This document shows, piece after piece, positions 50,287 to 63,261 of a DNA stretch of 64,000 bases; within the stretch, counting starts at the first letter, position 1; the number at the start of each line of letters is the position of its first letter. The notes below the pieces were generated by a model, which worked only from the letters and a program-made list of their open reading frames with translations, made no database searches and was not told the origin of the DNA. Made by a program: the position numbers and the translations under genes. The DNA is taken from assembly GCA_030390025.1 (NCBI GenBank), contig CM059431.1:94366001-94430000 (forward strand). The letters run 5' to 3'. The DNA is from Squalus acanthias (Eukaryota).

Positions 50287-50789
50287 AATGTCAGTGCTTG
50301 GACTCGCTCATGAAGAATGGGACCCAGTATGTGATGTTAATGTGTGACCTAGCCTAATGGATCTGGAATTGGTTAGAACAAGATTTCTCCCATGATTTCC
50401 CACACACTCAATTCCTCAGGTACAGCATCAGAATAAGAACAAACACAGTATCAGTCATTTCTCCCTTAGGGAGGGAGGAGGGAATCTGGGAGATTCTCCC
50501 ACACTTCCTAATGTCCAGTTGCAGAGGGACATTGGTAGACACCTGGTAGCAGGTTGCCCACCTACTCCCTTACCCAAGTTACCATTAGAAACCTAAAAGC
50601 ATAGGAGAGAAATCATAAGGGTAGAAGTTGTGATGTCTCCACTGCCTGCATGCACTTGGGCCTCGTGAGGCTCCACACTGTAGAGGAGTCTGGCAATCAT
50701 GGCCTTACAAAGTCTGCAGACATATGTAACTCGATCTAAAGAAAGTTATCAAAACCTAATCCTACTACAAGTAAAGAATGAAAAATAAA

Positions 50790-51055
50790 AAATATTTGTT
50801 TATGTCCTCAAGACCTCCCAAAGTACTTCACAGCCAATGAATTACTTTTGAAGTGTAGTTATTATTTTGTAGCCAATTTGCACACAGAAAGATCTCACAA
50901 ACAGCAATAAAATGAATGACCAATTAATCTCTATTTTTAGTGAAGGATACATTTTGGCCAGGACACAAGGAGAACTCCCCTACTCTTCTTCAAATAGTGC
51001 CTTGAGATCTTTTACATCCACCTGAGGGGCAGACATCTGGTTTGGTTTAACATCA
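50790..51055 (-). mobile_element. Deu-domain SINE fragment
   Basis: Reverse complement of the 10850-11130 sequence. Confidence 0.75.
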
Positions 51056-51423
51056 AACTACATTCTGCCTTAAACACAAGGAAACCGACTGGTGCTGCTG
51101 CATTAGTCATACCCGACATACAACTGTACAAAAATACCAGTGGTAGTTTCATTTTCTTCCACTCCTATTTAATCAGTGCTAACGCTCTCTCAATACAAAA
51201 CATCAAAAACATTATGTAACCAGTGCCTGCTAGTTTCTCTTCCATTCCTGCCAGCTATTTAAACAAGTTAACAATGACAATTTTCCAAGGGCATGCCCGG
51301 GTACAGGGCCTCTCAAGACTCTGCGCCTTTAGCTCTATCTCTGGTATTTATAAATCTACAATGGTGTGATCAGAAGTTGAATCATGTTACTTTAAATTGC
51401 TTTTTACTATCTGTTTCCCCAAG

Positions 51424-51507
51424 GCACAGAATGAAGTCGTTCCTGAGCACGATTACTTTGAAAGAATCAACTCAGTTTACGATACATCAAGACCAAATTC
51501 TCAGTAA
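51424..51507 (+). CDS. Terminal coding exon of the CD200R-like receptor (tyrosine motifs)
   Basis: ctgtttccccaag| acceptor; phase 0; AQNEVVPEHDYFERINSVYDTSRPNSQ*. Y-x4-N-x-x-Y-D-T spacing parallels the CD200R1 tail (YTEKNNPLYDT). Confidence 0.82.
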   Translation, partial: AQNEVVPEHDYFERINSVYDTSRPNSQ

Positions 51508-52398
51508 AAGCCTTTGTGCTATTTAACACGTTCAAGATTTTTTTCCCTTCAATAATGTTATTGAAGTATATATATTTAGTAAAGAGTATAGTTTTTATGA
51601 TTGTGACATAGATCAGTGTATTTGCATTTTAACAGTGATTTATGCTGGATTGGCAATGCACTGAGCAATAACAGAGGGATAATTATAGGCTTAAATCAGG
51701 ATCAAGTCTCGTGTCTCATCACAAATTATAATAACTCTGAATAAGTAGGACATTGGCTCATTAAAACACTGCACTTAGATTGACATTTACTTCCCATGTT
51801 GGTGACCGACAGAGACAAGCCCCTGTCTTGGCCTCTCTTGTTATAGTCAAGCAGATTCAAGATGGGAATTTTCAACCAGGTTCCCATTCCTGATCACTGT
51901 TGCAGTGAGTTCTGGCTGAAGCACGTGGGTGTCGGGTGAGGACAGCATCAGGCTTGGCTGTGATGCCCTCCATAATTCAGTAGCCTACAGCCACTCAGTA
52001 TCTAGACTCGCACATAAAGAAGGGTGATTTGGGACGGCACCAAAAGGCTGCCAGTGCTTGTGGAACTGCACCCTTGCATCAGTTATGTCTTTCAGGAAGG
52101 AGAGTAGAAGATGAGATGTTTTTAAGCAGCTTCCTTTGCTATAGGAAGTTAAAAGCCCATGGGATCCAGGGCAAAGTGTCAAGTTGGATTCAAAACTGGC
52201 TTGGAGACAGGAAGCAGAGGGTAATGGTTGATGGGTGTTTTTGTGATGGAAGGCTGTTTCCAGTGGGGTTCCGCAGGATCAGTACTAGGTCCCTTGCTTT
52301 TTGTGGTATATCTCAATGATCTAGACTTGAATATAGGGGGTATGATTAAGAAGTTTGCAGATGATACTAAAATCGTCTGTGTGGTTGATACTGAAGAA

Positions 52399-52623
52399 AA
52401 TGAGAAGTCGCACAACACCAGGTTATAGTCCAACAGATTTATTTAATTTTACAAGCTTTCGGAGCTATTCGCTCCTTCCTCAGGTAAGTTAGCAGTGAGA
52501 GAATCTCCCAGAATTCACAATTTAAACACAGACAAAATCTATTCAAATCTTTCCCTACATCAAAGACACACTAAGAGTACAGCCAAGACAATGAGATGTG
52601 TCCCAGGGGGTCCAACGTGTCAA
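52399..52623 (-). mobile_element. Short Penelope-like retroelement with hammerhead motif
   Basis: 9-bp TSD ACTGAAGAA (52390-52398 and 52624-52632); homologous to 4279-4495. Confidence 0.85.
52449..52487 (-). ncRNA. Minimal type I hammerhead ribozyme motif
   Basis: UUAC-CUGAGGA-A-GGAGC-GAAUA-GCUCC-GAAA-GC-UU-GUAA. Confidence 0.78.
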
Positions 52624-55221
52624 ACTGAAGAAGGAAGCTGTAGACTGCAGGAAGATATCAATACATTCGTCAGGTGGGCAGAACAGTGGCAAATGGAATT
52701 CAATCCAGAGAAATGTGAGGTAATGCATTTGGGGAGGGCTAACAAGGAAAGGGAATGGTACACATTAAATGGTAGGACACTGAGTAGTGTAGAGGAACAA
52801 AGGGAGCGTGGAGTGCATGTCCACAGATCCCTGAAGGTAGCAGGCCAAGTAGATAAGGTGGTTAAGAAGGCATACGGAATGCTTGCCTTTATTAGCCGTG
52901 GCATAGAATACAAGAGCAGGGGGGTTATGCTTCAACTGTATAAAACACTAGTTAGGCCTCAGCTAGAGTACTGCGTGCAGTTCTGGTCACCACATTACAG
53001 GAAAGATGTGATTGCACTTGAGAGGGTACAGAGGAGATTTACAAGGATGTTGCCGGGAGTAGAGAATCTTAGCTATGAGGAAAGACTGGATAGGCTGGGT
53101 CTGTTTTCCTTGGAACAGAGGAGGCTGAGGGGAGACCTTATTGAGATGTATAAAATTATGAGGAGCACAGATAAAGTGGATAGAAAGGACCTATTGCCCT
53201 TAGCAGAGGGGTCAAAAGCTAGGGGGCACAGATTTAAAGTAATTGGGGGAAGGTTTAGAGGGGATTTGAGGGGAAATTTCTTCACCCAGAGGGTTGTGGG
53301 GGTCTGGAACTCACTGCCTGAAAGGGTGGTAGAGGCAGGAACCCTAACCACATTTAGAAAGTACTTGGATGTGCACTTGGGATGCTGTAATCTGCAGGGC
53401 TATGGACCAAGAGCTGGGAAGTGGAATTAGGCTGGATAGCTCTTTGTTGGCCGGCGCGGACATGATGGGCCGAAATGGCCTCCTTCCGTGCTGTAACTTT
53501 CTATGATTCTAGGAGTTACTGTAACTTTGTAACTGTCTTCAGGACCCAGATGATGTTCAATGATGTCCTAGTCTGTCAGTCCATTTTTATTTTGTTCAAA
53601 GAACAAGGTTGGAGACCATGGCCTCGAAGACCACTGGGCCCTTGATCCTGGCATAAATGTTGGGAACCACCCACCAATGACCTCCAGCACTGACCCCACC
53701 AAGCTCGCAGAGTCAAGGGGAGGTCATCTCAGTAAACATAATATGAGCGGGTGCCTGCACGAGTAGAGGCCGCATCTTGGGTGCCCACCATGAAGTCGAG
53801 GCCACAAAATATGATTTTGGGTGTCCACTACAGGAGGGATATGGGTGTCCCCCAACCCCCATAAACATTACACAACAGTGATCATTGGCTCCTTTATAAA
53901 GGAACTGAGGAAAACTTTAAACTTCAACTTTAAATCTCCGAGGTGGGCCTCACTTCTGTATTTGGATGGGCGAGTATGTCTGGCCCCATTTGGTGTATGG
54001 CCAGCCACTTTTCCACCAGGCCTGACACTCTCTTGACCGGTCTCACTCCCACTTAAACAGCTGGACTTGTTTAGGGTGGGAGGAGGCACTGTTCCTTATA
54101 AAGCCCCAGTGAAAACTCCCAGAAAAGGCAGAGATGTGGAAATTCAACCACCATTTTCAATTGAAATTTCACACAAAACCAAATACTTCTCATGTATTAA
54201 CACAAAATGGAAATAGTGCTATTTAAGGAATCATTTAAGTTACGTAGTTTCTAAAGCAAGCACATTTCTGTCAGCAATGGTGAGATCAATATCTGCCTCC
54301 TATGACAGATTGGATTTCTTGACCATCTCATTCTGTGGACTACAAATGTTCTCCTTCTTCCAACCTGCCTTCGTCACTGGTAGAAGTCACTAATGGAGGT
54401 GCTTGCTAACATCTTCATTTCTACCACTAATTTCTCAAAACTGCAAACAATATCCACTAAAACCCATTACCAAAAGGTTACTCATACTCAGGTTAAGTAA
54501 TCTATGGTTTAACTGAACTAAAATCTTATCTAAAAGTTGGACTGCATATCTTTGTAAATGCTGTGTATCCAGTTTATAAACATTATATTTTTCTGTATGT
54601 AAAAATTTAATAAAATTATTAATAAAAGAAAAATTGTGGAATTGATACAGGTGTCGCAGTTCAGTGATTCGGATGAGTCTGAAGACTACTCTAAACCAAA
54701 ATACTAAACAAACACAGTGCGCTGCACCTACCTTGTCCTCATTTTAAAAAGCTCCAGGTAATCAAGTTATTGCTTCATTATTAAGAACTTTGTCTGAGAT
54801 TAGAATATGAAATATCAATTCACGTATTTCTTATCATTAATATTCTACTTAAGTTGATTCCTTTGAATGTTTCTTTTTCTGACATGTAATATAAATGATA
54901 TACAAAGGCAAATTTTGCAATTTAGCAACCCCAGCAGAACTTTGGAGCGCAGGGTGGGAATTTGGGCATTAATGCTCCCAATTCATGTTCCACACAATCT
55001 TAATAACCAAAAAATCGTGCGGGGCACAAACCAGACACACTGACCTCTGTGCCCAAATTCCTGATAATGCAAAGCTGTAAACTGGAAGCACATAAATTGC
55101 AAGAGATACTCCTGACTTGTGGGAGCCCTTTCCACAAGTTCGGTTTGGGCCTCTACATTTTACTGGACAACGGTATGAAATACTACCTACTTAATCTGGC
55201 GTCACACTGCCTTTCATTAAG

Positions 55222-57660
55222 TGCATTCCAAATCTGAACCACTCACTGCGTAAAAAGTTTTTCCGCATGTCGCCTTTGGTTCTTTTACCAATTACCTGTG
55301 TCCTCTGGTTCTCGACCCTTCCACCAATGGGAACAGTTTCTCTCCATCTACTCTGTCCAGACCCCTCATGATTTTGAACACCTCTATCAAATCTCCTCTC
55401 AACCTTCTCTGCTCTAAGGAAAACAACCCCAGCTTCTCCAGTCTATCCATGTAACTGAAGTCCCTCATCCCTGGAATCATTCTTGTAAATCTTTTCTGCA
55501 CCCTCTCTAGGGCCTTCACATCCTTCTGAAAGTGCAGTGCCCAGAATTGGACACAATACTCCAGTTAAGGCTGATGAACTAGTGTTTTATAAAGGTTCAT
55601 CATAACTTCCTTGCTTTTGTTCTCTATGCCTCTATTTATAAAGCCCAGGATCGCGTATGCTTTTTTAACCGCTTTCTCAACCTGCCCTGCAACCTTCAAC
55701 GATTTGTATACATATAGCCTCAGGTCTCTCTGTTCATGCACCCCCGTTAAGATTGGACCCTTTAGTTTATATTGCCTCTCCTCGTTCTTCCTACCAAAAT
55801 GTATGACTTTGCACTTTTCTGCGTTAAATTTCATCTGCCACGGGTCCACCCATTTTACCAGCCTGTCTATGTCCTCTTGAGGTCTATCACTATCCTCCTA
55901 AATGTTCACTATACTTCCAAGTTTTGTGTCATCTGCAAATTTTGAAATTGTGCCCTGTACACCCACATCCAAGTCATTAATATATATCAAGAAAAGCAGT
56001 GGTCCTAGAACCGACCCCTGGTGAACACCACTGTATACCTTCCTCCAGTCATTAAAACAACCGTTCACCACTACTCTCTGTTTCCTGTCAATTTTGTATC
56101 CATGCTGCCACTCTCCCTTTTATTCCATGGGCTTCAGCTTTGCTGGCAAGCCTATTATGTGGCACTTTATCAAACGCCTTTTGGAAGTCCATATACACCA
56201 CGTCAACCACATTGCCCTCATCAACCCTCTCTGTTACCTTGTCAAAAAGCTAGATCAAGTTAGTTAAACATGATTTGCCTTTAACAAATCCGTGCTGGCG
56301 TTCCTTAATTAATCCACACTTGTCCAAGTGACTGTAACTTTGTCCCTGATTATCATTTCTAAAAGCTTCCCCACTACCGAGGTTAAACTGACTGCCCTGT
56401 AGTTGCTGGGTTTAGCCTTACACACTTTTTTGAACAAGGGAGTAACATTTGCAATTCTCCAGTCCTCTGGCACCACCCCCGTATCTAAGGAGGATTGGAA
56501 GATTATGGCCAGTAACTCCGCAATTTCCTCCTTAACTTCCCTCAACATCCTAGGATGCATCCCATCTGGTCCCGGTGACTTATCAACTTTGAGTACAGAC
56601 AGCCTTTGTAGTACCTCCTCTTTATCAATTTTTATCTCATCCAGTATCTCAACTACCTCCTCTTTCACTATGACTTTGGCAGCATCTTCTTCCTTGGTGA
56701 AGCAGATGCAAAGTACTCATTTACTACCTCAGCCATGCCCTCTGCCTCCTTTTTGGTCCCAAATCAGTCCCACCCCTCCTCTTACTACCCGTTTATTATT
56801 TATATGCCTATAGAAGACTTTTGAATTCACTTTTATGTTAGCTGCCAATCTATTCTCATACTCTCTCTTTGCCCATCTTATTTTCTTTTTTACTTCCCCT
56901 CTGACCTTTCTATATTCAAGCTGATTCTCACTTGTATTATCAACCTGACACCTGTCATACGCGCTCTTTTTCTGCTTCATCTTACTCTCTATCTCTTTTG
57001 TCGTCCAGGGAGCTCTGGCTTTAGTTGCCCTACCTTTCCCCCTAGTGGAAATGTACCTCGACTGTACCCAAACCATCTCCTCTTTAATTGTTCGATTACA
57101 CTTTTGCCTGCCATCCCACCTCCTTTTTTCTTTCCCTATCTTTCCTGAACACCTTATATCCAGGAATATTTAATACCCAATCCTGCCCTTTTTAGAGCCA
57201 GGTCTCCGTTATCGCCATGAAATCATATTTGCATGTGACTATTTATGCCTGCAGCTCACCAACCTTATTTACCACGATTCATGTATTTGCACACATGCAC
57301 TGTAAACCTATCTTAGAACTTCTTGTATTTTCTCTTAGTCTGACCCCACCTAATACCGTACTCTTTCTTACTCTAGTGCTATATGTCTCTCCCAATTCTT
57401 TGTGCACTTTGTTTATCCTTTATAATGCTACATCATGGTGCCCATCCCCCTGACAAATTAGTTTAAACCCTCCCCAACAGCACTAGCAAACCCTCCCATG
57501 AGGACATTGATTCTGGCTCTGTTGAGGTGCAACACGTCCAGCCTGTCCAGGTCCCAGCTCCCCAGAAGCAGTCCCAATGGCCCAGGAATCTGAAGCCCTC
57601 CCTCCTGCACCATCTGTCCAGCCAGGCATTCATCTGCTCTATCGGTACCAGGAGTAATCC
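55222..57660 (-). mobile_element. CR1 LINE with internal deletion (ORF1 esterase end to RT)
   Basis: WCRREGFRFLGHW; KSPGPDGMHPR; KRFTRMIPG. Confidence 0.92.
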
Positions 57661-57724
57661 TATAGAATTACAAATTACTATAGAATTACTGTGGGCAGGG
57701 TTTCCTGTAAATTTTTCTATTCTT

Positions 57725-58080
57725 TTAGGGTGTTGGTTCAAATCTCACTCCAGAGACTGGAGCACATAATCTAGGCAAGCACATCAGTGCAGTATTGAGG
57801 GAGTGCTGTACTGTTGGAGGTGCTGTCTTTCAGATGAGACGTTAAACTGATCTCCCATCTACCCTCTCAGGTGGATGTAAATGATTTAATGGCACTATTT
57901 TGACGTCCTGGCCAATATTTATCCCTCAACCAACATTATTAAAACAGATTATCTGGTCATTATCACATTGCTGTTTGTGGGACCTTGCTGTGTGCAAGTT
58001 GGCTTCTGCATTTTCGACATTACAACAGTGATTACAATTCAAAAGTACTTAATTGGCTGTTAAAACACTTTGGGAAGACT
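57725..58080 (+). mobile_element. Deu-domain SINE
   Basis: B-box-like GGTTCAAATC, then the Deu core. Confidence 0.78.
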
Positions 58081-59007
58081 TGCATTCATGGAAATCATTA
58101 TAAGTCACCCATTTCACATCTTTATGGTTTTATTTTCCAAGTGTTAGTCATGTCTGCATGCTCTCTTTCTTCTCTAATTAACTTACTGTCTTCAATGGGC
58201 TTGAATTACAAAGTTCACAAAATGGAGCAAAGGGGATTAACCCACAACAAAGTCCCAAATTGTCAAAAGTAAATAAAACCACAGCTCTGTAAGAGAAATC
58301 AAGCAGCTAAGTGTGTATGAAACAAAACCACAACAGAAATTATATAGACGGAAATAACAACGTGTCACTCTAAAATGCCAAACTTGTTAATTATACAGCT
58401 CTGTACGAGGTTGTTGTACAGCATGATTGGCGCCAGTGAAAATTCCACTGTCAGACCACCTGTACTGAATGAATCAAACAGGCTCAAGCTGCCTGAAGTG
58501 AGCATCCATAGAGAGATAGATGGGCTAAGGCTGCAACATTTGCAAACAAGTTCCAAGGATTGCAGGGATTGGGCTTTATAAATATTAAGGGGACTGAATT
58601 TCTTTACCCACTCCCCCTCGCCAGAATGTTCGACAGGAGCACCTGAACTGCACTGCCTGCCCAGGCCAAAGTGCAGCTAATTTTGGTTCACATGGCTCCG
58701 TCACACCTGAAGCATGGACACGTCCCTGCTCCCTCCTCTCTACCCAATCAGGACCTTGTCCAAAACAGGAGGCAGGAATAGCCTGAAGCCCACAGCTACA
58801 GATCTAAATATCGACTTCAAACTAGTCGTGCAATATAATTGCCACTTCTCTTCTAGGAATGTCCACCTTGAAGAAGTTCTGCTCTTCTCTCTGACGGGAT
58901 TTCCATTTGTCTCTTTTACCTTGTTCATCTTCATTGCTTTCTGTTTCAACTCTTGTGTTTGATCAGGTACACTTGCTTAAAAACCTGTTCCATCTCCAAC
59001 GTTTTCC

Positions 59008-59145
59008 AGTTCTGACGAAGGGTCATTCACCTGAATCGTTAACTTTGTTTCTCTCTCTACAGATGCTGCCTGACCTGCTGAGTATTTCCAGCATTTTCTG
59101 TTTTTTATTTCAGATTTCCAGCACCCGCAGTATTTTGCTTTTCTG
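59008..59145 (+). mobile_element. Penelope-like terminal repeat (second family) with a degenerate hammerhead at 59008-59044
   Basis: AGUU-CUGACGA-AGGGUCAUUCACCU-GAAU-CG-UU-AACU; stem I AGUU/AACU intact, GAAA mutated to GAAU. Confidence 0.68.
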
Positions 59146-59464
59146 TCCTGCAATATAATTGTCCACTTACCTTTTAGCCTTGTTGCCTGGTCTCATGACA
59201 CTCCCTGATCTGAGGGCTCACTGGCACTAGGACCCATTAACACTTCTTCAGGTGTCCCTGCATCTATTGTCCGACTGACCAAAACACAGGGAAATGAGGC
59301 AGGAAGCTCAAGAAGGTCCCTTCCTACCTTAGTTAAATAAGTTAATTGGGCCTGCACCTATTATTAGGCCACATAAGGGGTGGCAGAGACTCGGCATAAT
59401 GGGTCTCTGGCACCGTCTCAACCCATTGAAATTGGCCTTCCTTCAATTAAATATTTTTACTCCA

Positions 59465-60690
59465 GATTACTCACTGTCCTTTTCCATAACTAACCTAAAC
59501 CTTATGGTACAATGATCACTGTTCCCTAAATGTTCCCCCACTGACACTTGCTCCACTTGACCCACCTCATTTCCCAGAACCAGATCCAGCAGTGCCTCCT
59601 TCCTGGTTGAGCCAGAAATGTACTGATCAAGGGAGTTCTCCTGAACACACTTCAGAAATTCTTCCCCCTCTCTGCCCTTTACACTATTACTATTCCAGTC
59701 TATATTAGGATAATTGAAGTCCCCCATTATCACTTCTCTATAGTTCTTGCACCTCTCTGTAATTTCCCTGCAAATTTGCTCCTCTATATCTTTCCCACGA
59801 GTAGGTGGCATATAGAATACACCTAGTAGTGTAATAGCACCTCTATTGTTTCTTAATTCTAACCAAATAGATTCTCTCTTTGATCCCTCCAGGACATCCT
59901 CTCTCTCCAGCATGGTAACATATTCCTTAATCAATACTGTCACCCCACCTACTTTTTTTCCTTCCCTATCATTCCTGAACACCTTATATCCAGGAATATT
60001 TAAAACCCAATCCTGCCCTTTTTTGAGCCAGGTCTCTGTTATCACCACGACATCATATTTGCATGTGGCTATTTGCGCCTGCAGCTCACCAACCTTATTT
60101 ACCTCGCTTCGTGCGTTTACATATGTGCTCTGCTAAGCTATCTTAGATCTTCTTTTATTCTCTCTTAGTCTGATCCCACCTAATACTGTACTATTTCTTA
60201 CTCTAGTGCTATCTGTCGCACCCAAACCTTTGTGCACTTTGTTTCTCCTTTCTAATGCTACATCCTGGTGCCCATCCCCCTGACAAATTAGTTTAAGCCC
60301 TCCCCAACAGCACTAGCAAACCCATCCTGCGGGGACATTGGTTCCAGCTCTGTTGAGATGCAACCTGTCCGGCCTGTCCAGGTCCCATCTCCCCCAGAAC
60401 TGGTCCCAATGCCCCAGGAATCTGAAGTCCTCCCTTTTGCACCATCTCACCAGCCACGCATTCATCTGCTCCATCCTCTTATCTCTATTCACTCGCTCGT
60501 GGCACCGGGAGTAATCCAGAGATTACTACCTTTGAGGTCCTGCTTTTTAATCTCTTTCCTAGCTCCCTAAAACCTACCTGCAGGACCTCATCCCTCTTTC
60601 TACCCATGCCATTGATACCAATATGGACCACGACCTCTGGCTGTTCACCCTCCCCCCTCAGAACGTTCTGCAGCCGCTCAGTGACATGCC
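59465..60690 (-). mobile_element. CR1 fragment (ORF1 SGNH esterase and APE endonuclease)
   Basis: PEVVVHIGIN...SKVVISGLLPVP; ITETWL...MGDFNYP...LDLVL...SDH. Confidence 0.92.
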
Positions 60691-61121
60691 ACTCCTCATG
60701 CAAAACGAACATCTCAAGAACTCTTAACAAGTTGATGAGTTGGACACCGAGTTAGAGAAGGAAAGATATGTAAGAAAACCTAAAGCCCAGTCAACAATAA
60801 GGGTTATTTTTAGGAGAGGGAGGTAGCAGGAAGTGAGTTCGACATGGCAGAAGTTTAGCGCCTGAATAATCAGCCTCCAATGTAATTTACAGGTCTGAGC
60901 TGCAATACAAGATTCTGCAGTTAAACTTCAGGTTCACACAAAATGACCAGTGCCTCAATGTGTTTAGTCACCACCCTCATTTTCAGTATGTGCAGCTGTT
61001 CCGCTGAGCATGGAGTGGTGTTACCAATGGCTACTGTTCTCTTGTTCCTTCCTGAAAGAAGCTGAGGGGTGTTAGGAAGGCGATTATTTGATCACCATTT
61101 TAACACTAATCAAGGTTTACT

Positions 61122-63260
61122 ACAACAACAACAACAACAACAACTTGTATTTATATAGCACCTTTAACATAGTAAAACGTCCCAAGGCGCTTCACAGGAG
61201 TGTTATAAGACAAGAACTTTGACACTGAGCCACATAGGGAGAAATTAGGGCTGGTGACCAAAAGCTTGGTCAAAGGCGTAGGTTTTAAGGAGCGTCTTAA
61301 AGTAGGAAAGAGAGGTAGAGATGCGGAGAGGTTTAAGCATGGAATTCCAGAGCTTAGGTCCGAGGCAACAGAAGACATAGTCACCTATTGTTGAGCGATT
61401 ATAATCAGGGATGCTCAAGAGGGCAGAAATAGAGGAGCGCAGATATCTCTGGGGGTTATGGGGCTGGAGGAGGTTACAGAGATAGGGAGGGGTGAGGCCA
61501 TAGAGGGATTTGAAAACAAGGATGAGAATTTTGAAATCGAGGCATTGTTTAACCGGGAGCAAAAGTAGGTTTAGCAAGCACAGGGGAAATGGGTGAACGG
61601 GACTTGGTGCGACTTAGGACACAGGCAGACGAGTTTTGGATGACCTCAAGTTTATGTCGGGTAGACTGTGGAAGTCTAGCCAGGAGTTCGTTGGCATAGT
61701 GAAGTTTAGAGGTGACAAAGGCATGGATGAGGGTTTCAGCAGTGTATTAGCTGAGGCAAGGGCGGAAACGTGCGATGTTACGGAGGTGAAAATAGGCGCT
61801 ATTAGTTATGCCGCGGATATGTAGTCGGAAGCTCATTTCAGGGTCCAATATGACACCAAGGTTGTGACTAGTGAGGCTCAGCCTCAGACAGATGTTAGGG
61901 AGAGTGATGTAGTCAATGGCTAGTGAACGGAGTTTGTGGCGGGGACCGAAAACAATGGCTTCGGTCCTCCCAACATTTAATTGGAGAAAATTTCTGCTCT
62001 TCCAGAACTGGATGTCGGACAAGCAGTCTGCCAATTTAGAGACCGTGGAGGGGTCGAGAGAGGTGGTGGTGAGGTAGAGCTGGGTGTCGTCAGCCTACAT
62101 GGGGAAACTGACGCTGTGTTTTCGGATGATGTCGCCAAGGGGCAGCATGTAGGTCAGAAATAGGAGGGGGCCAAGGATAGATCCTTGGGGGACACCAGAG
62201 GTAACGATGCGGGAGTGGGAAGTTAAGCCGTTGCAGGTGATTCTCTGGCTACGATTAGATCAATAAGAATGGAACCAGGCGTGTGCAGTCCCACCCAGCT
62301 GGATGACGGTGGATAGGCGCTGGAGAAGGTTGGAGTGGTCAAATGTGTCAAAGGCTGCTGACAATCAAGAAGGACGAGAAGGGATAGTTTACCTTTGTCA
62401 CAGTCACAAAGGATGTCATTTGTGACTTTGATGAGAGCCGTTTCTGTACCATGGCAGGGGCGGAAACCTAATTGGAGGGATTCAAATATGGAGTTTCAGG
62501 AAAGATGGGCATGGATTTGGAAGGCGACTACATGTTCAAGGACTTTGGAGAGGAAAGGGAGGTTGGAGATGGGGCAGTAGTTTGTAAGGACGGAGGGCTC
62601 AAGGGTTGGTTTTTTGAGAAGAGGGGAGATGACATCAGATTTGAGGGAGAGGGGGACAGTACCTGAGGAGAGAGAACCGTTAACAATGTCAGCTAACATG
62701 GGAGCCAGAAAAGGAAGTAGGCTGATCAGTAGTTTGGTGGGAATATTGTCGAGGGAGCAGGAAGTGGATCTCAGGGACAAGATGAGCACGGAGAGGTCAT
62801 GAGGGTAGATCGGAGAGTAACTGGAGAAAGATGTGAGTTCAGGGCTAGGGCAGGGGGAACCTTAGAGGAAGTTTGGCCTGGTGGGCTAGGGGAAGGAAGG
62901 GCAGTGTCAGAGGCAGCGGAATGGATGGTCTCAATCTTAGAGACAAAGAAGTCCATGAGCTTCTCACACTTGATGTCGGAGGTGAGGGTGGAGGAGACAG
63001 GGGAGAGGGGTTTAAGAAGACAGTTAGCAGTAGAGAATAGAAGCCGGGGTTTATCTTTGTATTCCAGAATGATTCTGGAATAGTGAGCAATTTTTGCAGA
63101 TGAGAGCAAGACCCAATAATGCTTTATGTGGTCCAGCCAGATCTGGCAATGAATAGCTAAACCAGTTGTCTGTCATATCCGTTCAAATCTGCGTCCCTTG
63201 GACTTAAGGGAGTGAAGATGAGGGCCGTACCAGGGGGAACGGCTAGGGTGAGAGAGAGTT
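61122..63260 (-). mobile_element. L2-clade LINE (RT to 3' end with (TTG)n tail)
   Basis: NYCPISNLPFLSKVLE; CLSDIQFW...NFLQLN...TEAIVFG; FKILILVFKSL; (CAA)n at 61123-61145. Confidence 0.92.
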
Positions 63261-63261
63261 A

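Larger units (their letters stand above)
52140..53510 (+). mobile_element. 5'-truncated CR1 LINE
   Basis: GSVLGPLLF...[35 protein letters not shown] tail. Confidence 0.93.

Noticed and set aside
52495..53430. 311-aa ORF as a novel fusion gene
   Set aside because: Chance read-through from a TSD-flanked insert into a truncated CR1 ORF2.
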